Shown here: one piece after another, positions 1 through 9,200 of the stretch
Position numbering within the stretch: position 1 is the first letter of the stretch
Layout of the letters: each line of letters starts with the position of its first letter
Assembly (NCBI GenBank): GCA_030691865.1
Contig: JAUYDL010000016.1
Coordinates: forward strand, 1 to 62,776
DNA from: Candidatus Omnitrophota bacterium
Lineage (GTDB): Bacteria; Omnitrophota; Gorgyraeia; Gygaellales; Profunditerraquicolaceae
DNA: 62,776 nt
Direction of reading: 5' to 3'
Made by a program: the position numbers and the translations under genes
Notes under the pieces: generated by a model
What the model was told of the DNA's origin: nothing
The model's input: only the letters and a program-made list of their open reading frames with translations
Databases searched by the model: none

Positions 1-161
1 AAAAGCATTCTATGAAAGGAAGGAATGCTTGAGGGGTAGGGAAAGACCCTGCGCTTAACCACTTGAACTTTTCTTCGAAAAGTACTGCGTAAGCGCAGGA
101 TTAATTCACACATTGATTTACTCGTACTGTCGTACTCGTAAGTCAAGTGTTCATTAATAAT

Positions 162-190
162 TTGACATCAAAATTTTCCTATGTTAAAAT
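162..190 (+). promoter_or_regulatory. sigma70-type promoter upstream of the DUF5679-like small gene
   Basis: TTGACA 162-167, 17-nt spacer, TAAAAT 185-190. Confidence 0.4.
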
Positions 191-235
191 TAAGAATAAT
201 GGGAACGTGCATGTAGTATAAAAAGGAGGAAACAA

Positions 236-388
236 ATGGCAGAAACAGGATATTGCGTAAAATGCAAAGGGAAAAAATTAATGAAGGATGAGCAGAAGGT
301 TACCATGAAAAACGGCCGCGCAGCAATGAAAGGCAAATGCCCTGACTGCGGCACCGGAATGTATAAGATTTTAGGAAAAGCCAAATAA
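236..388 (+). CDS. small zinc-ribbon protein, DUF5679-like
   Basis: 50-aa ORF below the ORF-track cutoff: MAETGYCVKCKGKKLMKDEQKVTMKNGRAAMKGKCPDCGTGMYKILGKAK. Two CxxC pairs. AGGAGG about 8 nt upstream of the ATG. Confidence 0.7.
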   Translation: MAETGYCVKCKGKKLMKDEQKVTMKNGRAAMKGKCPDCGTGMYKILGKAK

Positions 389-414
389 CTGCTCTAAAGA
401 ACAGGAGTAAAAAA

Positions 415-771
415 ATAGACTCAAAACAACTAGCGCAACGCATTGCCTGGGTTGCCAAATCTAAAAAAGCCGAACAGGTTATTATTCTTGATGTTTCCAA
501 GGTAGCTGGGTTTTGCGATTATTTTGTGATTGCCAGCGGCAATTCTTTAAGGCAGGCTACCTCGATTGCCCAGGCAATTCAGGAAGATTTGGAAATACGA
601 AAAATAAAATCTCTCTCTAAGGTTTCTCCGAACGATGAATCAGGCTGGATAGCCCTGGATTACGCTTCAGTAATCGCGCATGCGTTCTATAAACCTGTGA
701 GAGAGTTTTATTCTTTAGAGGGGCTTTGGTCTGACGCCAAAAGAGTAAGGGTTATTGCCCCCAAGCGCTAA
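415..771 (+). CDS. rsfS: ribosomal silencing factor RsfS (iojap family); 5' end uncertain
   Basis: Conserved RsfS core EQVIILDVSKVAGFCDYFVIASGNS...WIALDYASVIAHAF...REFYSLEGLW. The ORF-track start (GTG 526) lies inside this core. The frame is open from 367 with no ATG/GTG/TTG. ATA 415 sits 7 nt after AGGAG 403-407. Confidence 0.7.
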   Translation: MDSKQLAQRIAWVAKSKKAEQVIILDVSKVAGFCDYFVIASGNSLRQATSIAQAIQEDLEIRKIKSLSKVSPNDESGWIALDYASVIAHAFYKPVREFYSLEGLWSDAKRVRVIAPKR

Positions 772-809
772 GCTTACCCAATTTGCACCAACCGCTGCTT
801 AAATTAAAA

Positions 810-2447
810 ATGCCTAAAGATATTAAAGTCGAGCTGATCGACTTAGTTACGCGTTGCTTAACGGAGTTAGGTTGGCTTGCGAACACTTTAGAAAAAATTT
901 CTCTTGAGTTTCCTACCGATAATCGCTTCGGTGATTTTAGCACTAATATTGCCTTAAAATTAAGCAAATTGCTAAAACGTCCGCCCCAAGCGATTGCCGC
1001 AGAGTTAGCGGCTTGCCTGCAGCAGGAAATAACTAAATCTGAACTGAAAAAATTAGTTACTCAGGTAAAAGTCGAAGGAGTGGGGTTTATAAATTTTTAT
1101 CTTAAAGAAAATTATTTTTACGAGAAGCTCAAACTAATCATTACTCAGGGCAAAGAAGCTTTAAGCAGTAATGCCGGGGGTGCAAGAAAAGTTTTAATTG
1201 AATTTGTGAGCGCCAATCCTACCGGTTCCTTATCCGTGGCCCACGCGCGGCAGGCAGCTGTGGGTGATTGTCTGGCCAATGTTTTATCTTTTATCGGCTT
1301 TGATGTTAAACGGGAATATTATCTTAATGATGAGGGCAATCAGATTAATATTCTTGGCGCATCCGTGGGTTTGCGGCTTAAAGAGTTAAAAGGCGAAAAG
1401 ATAGAGTTTCCCCAGAACTATTATCAGGGTGATTATATCTATGATATCGCGAGGAAAGCGGATAGTCAAAAGATTAAAGATGCTGATCTGGGAAACTTTG
1501 CCGCTGACTATATTTTAAAGATCATTAAACAGGAGCTGATTGATTTTGGGGTTAATTTTGACTGCTGGTATTCGCAAAAACAGCTGGCTAAAAGCGGAAA
1601 AATCGAGCAGGCATTTAGCCAGTTAAAAGAAAAAGGATTCTTGTATGAACAGGATGGAGCGCTTTGGTTTAAATCCACGGCTTTTGGCGATGATAAAGAC
1701 CGGGTAATTGTTAAAAGTAATGGCAGCCAGACGTATTTAGCCACGGACATTGCGTATCACGAGGATAAATTTAACCGCGGGTTTAGCTGGTTGATTAATC
1801 TTTGGGGGCCGGATCACCACGGTTATATCAACCGGGTTAAGGCTGCGATTGAGGCTTTTGGACATAGCCCTAAGGACCTGAATGTAATTATTGTCCAACT
1901 GGCTACTATTTTCCGCAATGGCCAGCCGATTCAGATGTCCACGCGGCGCGGACAATATATAACTTTGCGGGAGATTTTAGATGAAGTGGGTGCGGATGCC
2001 GCCAGATTCTTTTTTCTAATGCGCCGGACATCCAGCCATTTGGATTTTGATTTGGAGATTGCCAAAAAACAAAGCGCGGAAAACCCCGTATTTTATGTAC
2101 AGTATGCCCACGCGCGGATCTGCAGCATATTGCGCAGCAGTGTGGCGCAAATCAAAGATAACTTAGATCTTGCTGTGCTTAAGGAGAAAGAAGAGTTAAA
2201 TCTGATCAAAAAATTACTGGAGTTTAATACGACTCTTAACATCTGCCGGGTTACTTGCGACCCATATATGCTTACGGTGTATCTGCAGGAGCTCGCTGAA
2301 AGTTTCCATAAATTTTATGATTTACACCGGGTCCTAAATCAGGATAAGGCCCTAACTTGCGCCAGGCTCGCTTTGATTAAAGGAGTAAAAATTGTTTTAT
2401 CAAGCGGATTAGAGCTGTTAGGAATAACCCAGCCAGAGAAGATGTAA
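810..2447 (+). CDS. argS: arginine--tRNA ligase
   Basis: Class I ArgRS motifs SANPTGSLSVAHAR, GPDHHGY, QMSTRRG, and a C-terminal anticodon-binding domain ending in M. ATG 810 preferred over TTG 783. Confidence 0.93.
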   Translation: MPKDIKVELIDLVTRCLTELGWLANTLEKISLEFPTDNRFGDFSTNIALKLSKLLKRPPQAIAAELAACLQQEITKSELKKLVTQVKVEGVGFINFYLKENYFYEKLKLIITQGKEALSSNAGGARKVLIEFVSANPTGSLSVAHARQAAVGDCLANVLSFIGFDVKREYYLNDEGNQINILGASVGLRLKELKGEKIEFPQNYYQGDYIYDIARKADSQKIKDADLGNFAADYILKIIKQELIDFGVNFDCWYSQKQLAKSGKIEQAFSQLKEKGFLYEQDGALWFKSTAFGDDKDRVIVKSNGSQTYLATDIAYHEDKFNRGFSWLINLWGPDHHGYINRVKAAIEAFGHSPKDLNVIIVQLATIFRNGQPIQMSTRRGQYITLREILDEVGADAARFFFLMRRTSSHLDFDLEIAKKQSAENPVFYVQYAHARICSILRSSVAQIKDNLDLAVLKEKEELNLIKKLLEFNTTLNICRVTCDPYMLTVYLQELAESFHKFYDLHRVLNQDKALTCARLALIKGVKIVLSSGLELLGITQPEKM

Positions 2448-4136
2448 ATGTCCAGCCATTCAATCCTAAGACTAGCCACTCCTAATATCTCCTTACAAAA
2501 TCAATTTTCTAAAGAATTAGGCATCTCTAAACTATTGGCCCAGATCCTGATTAACCGCAAAATAACTACAATTACTGCAGCCGGAAAATTTCTCAAAAGC
2601 GCAATCAGCGATTTGTTCAGTCCGCTCTTGTTTTCGGATATGCCTAAGGCCATCAGCCTGGTTAAGAAGGCGCAAGAGAATAAAGAGAAGGTAATGGTCT
2701 TTGGTGACTATGATGTTGATGGGATAACCAGCACGGTTTTACTCAAAAATACGCTTATGGGTATGGGCTTGGAAGTCCTGCATCATATTCCGCATCGCAT
2801 TAATGAAGGTTACGGTTTAAACCAGGAGATTGTCCGGTTTGCCGGGGAAAACCAGGTAAAACTTATGGTGACAGCTGACTGTGGTATAGTCAACCATAAA
2901 GAGATAGAAGCTCTCCGGCAGGCAAATATTGATGTAATTGTTACGGATCATCATGAGCCGCAGGATTCCAATCTGCCTGCAGCCTCCAGCATTATTAATC
3001 CTAAGGTTAAGCATTCAGGTTATCCCTACAAGGAATTGGCCGGGGTAGGAGTTGCTTATAAATTCGCTCAAGCAATAACCGGTTCTTTATTAATGGATGA
3101 TCTGGATTTAGTTACTTTAGGCACTATCGCTGACAGTGTGCCTTTAACCGGCGAAAACAGGATTATTGCCAAAAAGGGGCTGGCCAGGCTGCCGCAAACT
3201 AAAAGGCTGGGCCTGCGGGCCATCATTGAAAATGCGGGAATTGAAAATAAAAAATTTAATTCTACCTATGTAAGTTTTATTATCGCCCCCAGGCTAAATG
3301 CCCCCGGACGCATGGATTATGCTGAGGTATCATTGAAGCTTTTAATGTGTCAGAGTGCTCAAGGTGCGCAAGATCTAGCTCGAGAGCTTGAAAAGTTTAA
3401 CCGTGAGCGCCAGAAGATTGAAAGTAAGGTTTTAGAGGAAGCAGAGGAGCTGATTAACCAGCAGATGAACTTTAAAGAACATAAAGTCATTGTGATTGCC
3501 AAAGAAGATTGGCACCAAGGTGTTTTAGGGATTGTGGCGTCAAAGCTGGCGGATAGATTCTACCGGCCGGCAATTGTGATTTCAATAAAAGAAGATTTGT
3601 GTAAGGGGTCGGCGCGTTCAATTAAAAATTTCCATCTTTTTGACGCGTTAATGGATTCTAAGGAGCTCCTGGATAGTTTTGGCGGCCATGCCCATGCTGC
3701 CGGGTTGTTAATTACTAAAGATAATATCGATGAATTCAGGAAGAGTATTAATAAGCTGGCCAACGACCGGTTGACTTTAGAGGATTTGCTTCCGAGCAAG
3801 GATATTGATGCTGAGCTGGTTTTAGGTGATTTAAATGAATCGCTGGTTAAGGAATTAGAGCTGTTGGAGCCGTTTGGCATGGCTAATCCGGAGCCTTTGT
3901 TTTATACCCGTATGCTAAAGCTTAAAGGCCAGGTGCAGCTTTTAAACCGCGGGACTTTAAAATTCTGGGTAACGGATGGAGCGGCTACATCTGAGGTAAT
4001 TGCTTTTGGGATGAGTAATTTAAGAGAGAGTTTATTGCAGGCAGATTCTTTTGATCTGGTATATACCCCTAAAATAGATAGTTGGCGCCAGGAAGAATCG
4101 ATGATTCTAGAGGCCAAGGATATATTTTTTAAGTAG
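2448..4136 (+). CDS. recJ: single-stranded-DNA-specific exonuclease RecJ
   Basis: DHH motifs DYDVDGITS, TADCG, VTDHH; DHHA1 motif GGHAHAAG; 562 aa. Confidence 0.92.
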   Translation: MSSHSILRLATPNISLQNQFSKELGISKLLAQILINRKITTITAAGKFLKSAISDLFSPLLFSDMPKAISLVKKAQENKEKVMVFGDYDVDGITSTVLLKNTLMGMGLEVLHHIPHRINEGYGLNQEIVRFAGENQVKLMVTADCGIVNHKEIEALRQANIDVIVTDHHEPQDSNLPAASSIINPKVKHSGYPYKELAGVGVAYKFAQAITGSLLMDDLDLVTLGTIADSVPLTGENRIIAKKGLARLPQTKRLGLRAIIENAGIENKKFNSTYVSFIIAPRLNAPGRMDYAEVSLKLLMCQSAQGAQDLARELEKFNRERQKIESKVLEEAEELINQQMNFKEHKVIVIAKEDWHQGVLGIVASKLADRFYRPAIVISIKEDLCKGSARSIKNFHLFDALMDSKELLDSFGGHAHAAGLLITKDNIDEFRKSINKLANDRLTLEDLLPSKDIDAELVLGDLNESLVKELELLEPFGMANPEPLFYTRMLKLKGQVQLLNRGTLKFWVTDGAATSEVIAFGMSNLRESLLQADSFDLVYTPKIDSWRQEESMILEAKDIFFK

Positions 4137-4383
4137 GGATTTGAAGTTTTCTGGGAGTGGCTTTTTTGAAATCGCCCTTTTTGATGCATTTGGTGCAGAT
4201 GAATACCCTATGCGATGTACCATCAACTAGAATATTTACCTTTTGCAGATTTGGGAAAAATTTACGCTTAGACCAGCGGGCGATCTTTGAGCCTGTACCG
4301 CCCTTAGATTTATATTGGCCTTTTCTGGCTAATACTTTTCCTTGAAGTGCACCTTTTTTGCAGATTACGCATTTTCTAAGCAT
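4129..4383 (-). CDS. rpmB: 50S ribosomal protein L28
   Basis: 84 aa, C.IC...G......RKFFPNLQKV....DG...RVFICTKCIKKG pattern typical of L28. Confidence 0.88.
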   Translation of the reverse strand: MLRKCVICKKGALQGKVLARKGQYKSKGGTGSKIARWSKRKFFPNLQKVNILVDGTSHRVFICTKCIKKGDFKKATPRKLQIPT

Positions 4384-4412
4384 TTTGAATTTCCTTTCAA
4401 TTTAGTTCAATA

Positions 4413-4440
4413 AGTATACTTGAAATTACGGTATTGTCAA
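4413..4440 (-). promoter_or_regulatory. sigma70-type promoter for rpmB
   Basis: On the minus strand: TTGACA (complement of 4435-4440), 16-nt spacer, TATACT (complement of 4413-4418). Confidence 0.4.
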
Positions 4441-4457
4441 GATAGAATATAAGCGGA

Positions 4458-4527
4458 TCCCCGCCAAGTTCGCCACAATTCATCGGCGAATCCGCCAATG
4501 CTTTAGTGACGGACTTTGTGGCGGGGA
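4458..4527. repeat. imperfect inverted repeat / structured intergenic element
   Basis: TCCCCGCCA 4458-4466 pairs with TGGCGGGGA 4519-4527. Inner stem TTCGCC...GGCGAA. The arms CCCCGCCAAGTTCGCCAC and CCCCGCCACAAAGTCCGTCAC (complement) are related. Confidence 0.5.
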
Positions 4528-4602
4528 CCCGCGAAAGATAAGGCGTTTACTTAGTTAGACTTTGCCTTTTTCTACGTCAATTAGAGTAGAGAGGAGGCTG
4601 AT

Positions 4603-5127
4603 ATGTCTAAAGCAATAGCTACAGAAGTTATCGCTACAAGGATTTTTGAGATAAGAAGCAGAAAAGTAATGCTGGATTATGATTTAGCTAAGCTTTATGG
4701 AGTTTCAACCAAAGTTCTAAATCAGGCAGTAAAAAGGAATGCGAGAAGGTTCCCGGGAGATTTTATGTTTAGATTGACAGAGAAAGAAAAAGAAGAGGTG
4801 GTCACAAATTGTGACCACCTTCGGTTTCTGAGATTTTCTTATCAGTTGCCATATGTATTCACTGAACAAGGCGTGGCTATGCTCTCTAGCGTCTTAAGCA
4901 GCGAAAGAGCCATTCAGGTTAATATCTTGATTATGCGGGCATTTACCAAATTGAGGGAAATTCTCCTAACCCATAAAGAACTGGCAGTAAAAATTGAGGC
5001 CCTGGAGAGAAAGTATGCCGAGCATGACCAAACCATAAAGTCTATATTTGGCGCAATTAAGCAACTTTTGGAGCCGTCTCCGGTTAAAGAGAAGAAAATA
5101 ATAGGGTTTCATATTGAAAGAAAATAG
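4603..5127 (+). CDS. ORF6N domain (KilA-N-like DNA-binding) protein
   Basis: IFEIRSRKVMLDYDLAKLYGVSTKVLNQAVKRNARRFPGDFMFRLTEKE is the typical ORF6N signature. GAGGAGG RBS before the ATG. Confidence 0.8.
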   Translation: MSKAIATEVIATRIFEIRSRKVMLDYDLAKLYGVSTKVLNQAVKRNARRFPGDFMFRLTEKEKEEVVTNCDHLRFLRFSYQLPYVFTEQGVAMLSSVLSSERAIQVNILIMRAFTKLREILLTHKELAVKIEALERKYAEHDQTIKSIFGAIKQLLEPSPVKEKKIIGFHIERK

Positions 5128-5156
5128 GACTTTGTTTACTATTAAAGGATATTTCT

Positions 5157-6194
5157 ATGGAAAAATTCTTAAAAGATTATGAAGTTGGGGATCAGGTTAT
5201 TGACAACTTAATCGGCCAACTGGCCAAGAAATCCGGTTCTCTTGAAACTGAATATTTATTACGCGAAATATTGACTACCAGTGTTAAGTTAGGTAAGGAG
5301 TCTATTGATCGAGGAGACCTTAAGCTGGTAAATAATACACTCAAAGAACTGCGTTATTCTTTAAAGGTATTCTCTCCCTATCGCGCCATTAAAAAGGTAA
5401 TCATTTTTGGGTCAGCTCGGTCAAAAAATAATTCCGCTGAATATAAGATGGCGGAAGAGCTCTCCCGGAAATTAACTGAAAAAGGATATATGATTGTAAC
5501 CGGCGGCGGCCTCGGGGTAATGGAGGCCGGGAATAAGGGTGCCGGATCCGGCAAAGATTTTGCGCTTAATATCCGTCTTCCTTTTGAGCAGAAACCCAAC
5601 CCCTATATTGACGAAAAAGGAAAATTGATCAACTTTAAATATTTCTTTACCCGAAAATTGATTTTTGTCAAAGAGACGGATGCCACTGCTCTTTTTCCGG
5701 GAGGATTCGGCACGCTGGATGAGGGGTTTGAAATGATCACCTTAATGCAAACCGGTAAATCCCGGCCCCGGCCAATAGTTTTAATGGAGCCGAAAGGTTC
5801 AACCTACTGGGCTACCTGGTTGCATTTTGTAAAGAGCCAGTTGGTTAAAAAGGGATTTATTAAAAAAGAAGATCTTAGTCTCTTTGCGATTGTAAAAACT
5901 GCGGATCAAGCAGTTAGATACATCGAGGATTTTTACCGGGTATATCACTCGATAAGATATGTTTTGGGCCTGGCGGTATTAAGATTAAATCGAGAGATTT
6001 CTGAGAAGACGCTCAAGTTTATAAATAAGAAATTTAAAGACATTTTGACTAGTGGCCAAATCAAGGTTTCGCCTCCTACACCCAAAGAAATCCAAGAAAA
6101 AGAATTCCTTAACTTGCCTCGGTTAGTGATGAACTTTAATCTGCGTGATTATGGCCGGCTTTGTGAAATGATTAAGGTTATTAATAAAGATTAA
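5157..6194 (+). CDS. LOG family / TIGR00730-type Rossmann-fold nucleotide-binding protein (possible nucleotide 5'-monophosphate nucleosidase)
   Basis: VIIFGSAR, TGGGLGVMEAGNKGA, PGGFGTLDEGFE motifs; 345 aa with N- and C-terminal extensions. Confidence 0.8.
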   Translation: MEKFLKDYEVGDQVIDNLIGQLAKKSGSLETEYLLREILTTSVKLGKESIDRGDLKLVNNTLKELRYSLKVFSPYRAIKKVIIFGSARSKNNSAEYKMAEELSRKLTEKGYMIVTGGGLGVMEAGNKGAGSGKDFALNIRLPFEQKPNPYIDEKGKLINFKYFFTRKLIFVKETDATALFPGGFGTLDEGFEMITLMQTGKSRPRPIVLMEPKGSTYWATWLHFVKSQLVKKGFIKKEDLSLFAIVKTADQAVRYIEDFYRVYHSIRYVLGLAVLRLNREISEKTLKFINKKFKDILTSGQIKVSPPTPKEIQEKEFLNLPRLVMNFNLRDYGRLCEMIKVINKD

Positions 6195-6213
6195 GTGTAA
6201 TATAGCTAGTATT

Positions 6214-9200
6214 ATGGATAAAGTATTAGAGGGATTAAATAAGGAGCAGGTGCAGGCGGTTACGCATAAAGACGGGCCGCTGTTGATTATTGCCGGCGCA
6301 GGAACAGGCAAGACCCGGGTGATTACTCAGCGTATTGCCTGGTTGATTAACCAGGGGCTGTCTAAGACCGATGAAATCCTAGCGCTTACTTTTACCGATA
6401 AGGCAGCCAAAGAAATGCAGGAACGGGTGGATATCTTGATGCCGTATGGCTATACAGATATTTGGATTTCTACATTTCATGCTTTTGGTGACCGCGTCTT
6501 GCGTGAAAATGCTTTAGTTGCCGGGCTTAATCCGGATTTTAAGGTATTGGCTCAGCCGGAAGCCGCCGTATTCTTCCGCGAACACCTCTTTGAATTTACG
6601 CTTGATTATTACCGGCCGCTGGCTGAACCTACCCGTTTTATCGAGGCTTTGATTTCATTTTTTAGCCGGGCCAAAGATGAAGATATTTCAGCCAAGGAGT
6701 ATTTAAAATATGCCCAGGATTTTTTAATTCAGGCTAAAGCTAATCCGCTTGATAAGGCCAATGAAGAGTTGGCAGTGCAGCAGATGGAGGTGGCTGCAGC
6801 TTACGCTAAATATCAGGAGCTTCTGGCTGAAGAAGGCCTGGTGGATTTTGGCAATCAGTTTTATTTAAGTTTAGGGCTCTTGCGCCAGCACCCTTTGATC
6901 CTGCAAAATTACCAGAAACAATTTAAATATATTTTAGTTGATGAATTCCAGGATACTAACTTTGCGCAGTTTCAGATTGTAAAACTTCTTGCCGGCAGCT
7001 TAAAAAATGTTACCGTTGTCGGAGATGATGATCAGTGTTTACCAGAAGACTCTTTAATTGAGACTCCTGTAGGAAAGAAGCAAATAAAAGAGATAAAAGA
7101 GGGGGATGAGGTATTAACTGCGGTAGGAAAATCCCACATAGGAATTTCTAAAGTTAAAAAAGTATTTAGAAGACAGAAGAAAGCGCGGTTTATAACCTTT
7201 AAGACTAAAAGCGGTAGAAAAATAACAGTTACATCAGAGCATAAGATGTTTTGTTATGTTCCGCCTTGGCCTAAAAAATTAAAAGATAAAATTTATTATG
7301 TGTATTTAATGTGGAAAAAAGGTTTAGGTTGGCGTTTAGGTATTACTAATGATCTGGCGGTTAGATTAAAATTAGAGCGTTCGGCAGATAAAATTGTGGG
7401 CTTGCGTGCTTTTAAAACTGAACGCGAAGCCCAGTATCTAGAAGTATATTTATCTTTGAAATATGGAATACCCACAGCATGTTTTAAAGAACGTAAGGGT
7501 ATTCTTATTACAGATGAATGGTTGGAAAAACTTTATAAAGAGTTGCATACAGAAGAGGGGGTAAGAAAACTAGCTGAAGATTTAGATATTAATTTAGATT
7601 TCCATCATTATTGTTTAGCCGCAGTTACCAGAGGTATTAAGGTTAGAGTAAAAATAAATCTCCATTTTTGTTACCGTAAATACATACATTGTGTAACTCT
7701 TGAGACTTCGGATGAGGAAACTTTGGATAAAATTAGGAAAATAGGATTAAGGTTAAAGAAAACTAAAAAAGCTCAAACCTTAAGGTATTGTTTTACAGAT
7801 ATAAACAAAGCAGAAAATTTTGCTTTTAGGCTAAAGGAGTTGACAGATGGAATTTTGGAATATAAGTTTACATTGGCTAAGTTTAATATCGTTAATTTAC
7901 CGGCCCTTATGATGCCGGCTTCAAATGTTTTATTGGGCCACTATTTACCGATTAAGAAAGATGCCAATATTGTTTATGATAGAATTGTTGGCGTTGAGGA
8001 AGAAGTCAAGCAAGATACAGTTTATGATTTAGAAATCGAAAAGACGCATAATTATATAGCTAATGAGGTAGTTGTTCATAATTGTATTTATCGTTGGCGC
8101 GGAGCTGCCTACAGTAATCTTGTAAATTTTAACAAAGAGTATCCTGATGCAGAAAATATCACCCTGATTCAGAATTATCGTTCTACGCAGGCTATTCTGG
8201 ATAGCGCTTATCAGTTGATCCAAAATAATAACCCGGAGCGTTTTGAAGTAAAAGCCAATATTGATAAACACCTTGTTGGTTTGACTAAAGAAGGAGGAAA
8301 GCCAATCCATTTACATTTTGATACGCATTCGGCTGAAGCTGACCAAGTAAGTAAGATTATACAAGATAAAGTAAGTTTAGAAAAGTTTAAGTACAGAGAT
8401 TTTGCTATTTTGGTGCGCTCGAATTCTGACGCCCAAGGTTTTATCCAGTCGTTAAATATGCAGAATATTCCCTGGCAGTTTAGCGGCAATCAGGGTTTAT
8501 ATGCCCGGGGCGAGGTTAAGTTGTGTATTAATTTTCTGCGGGTAATTGCCAATCCTTCGGATTCATTAAGTTTATATTACCTGGTGAGTTCTGAGATTTA
8601 TAAAGTAAATTTAGCGGACCTGGCATTATGCAATCATTTCGCCCGGCGCAGGAACCGCACGCTTTATGCGGTGTTTAGCGATTTAGAAAAAATCCCGGAG
8701 TTGGCCGAAGTTTGCGATCAGACCAAGGAGAAAATAAGACAGATACTTTTAGGGATTGAAAAATTTCTGCAGGTTTCCCGTGATGAGACTACCGGCAAAC
8801 TGCTTTACAGTTTTCTTACTGATACCGGTTATCTTAAATATTTAACGCATGATCCTACTTTAGAAAAAGAAACTAAGATCCAGAATATCGCTAAGTTTTT
8901 CAATCAGGTGCGGGATTTTGAGTTGGTGGCTAAAGAGGACCGGGTAATTAGCTTTATCAAGCATCTTAATCTGCTGATTGATTCAGGGGATGACCCGCCG
9001 ACGGTGGAGGCAGACTTAGATCAGGATGCGGTGAATATCCTGACTATTCATAAAGCTAAGGGACTGGAGTTTAGGGTAGTGTTTTTAGTCAGCCTGGTGC
9101 AGGGTAAATTTCCGCTCCCGAAGCGTTCAGTGCAAATCGGACTGCCGGATTGTTTGATTAAAGAGGTTCTGCCTACCGGAGATTTCCATACGCAGGAGGA

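Noticed and set aside
4157-4345. 62-aa plus-strand ORF opposite rpmB
   Set aside because: It is antisense to ribosomal protein L28, with no RBS or motif.
4603-5127. ORF6N gene as evidence for a prophage
   Set aside because: It is a single gene with no capsid, terminase, integrase or lysis genes within the window, so at most it is a remnant or stand-alone regulator.
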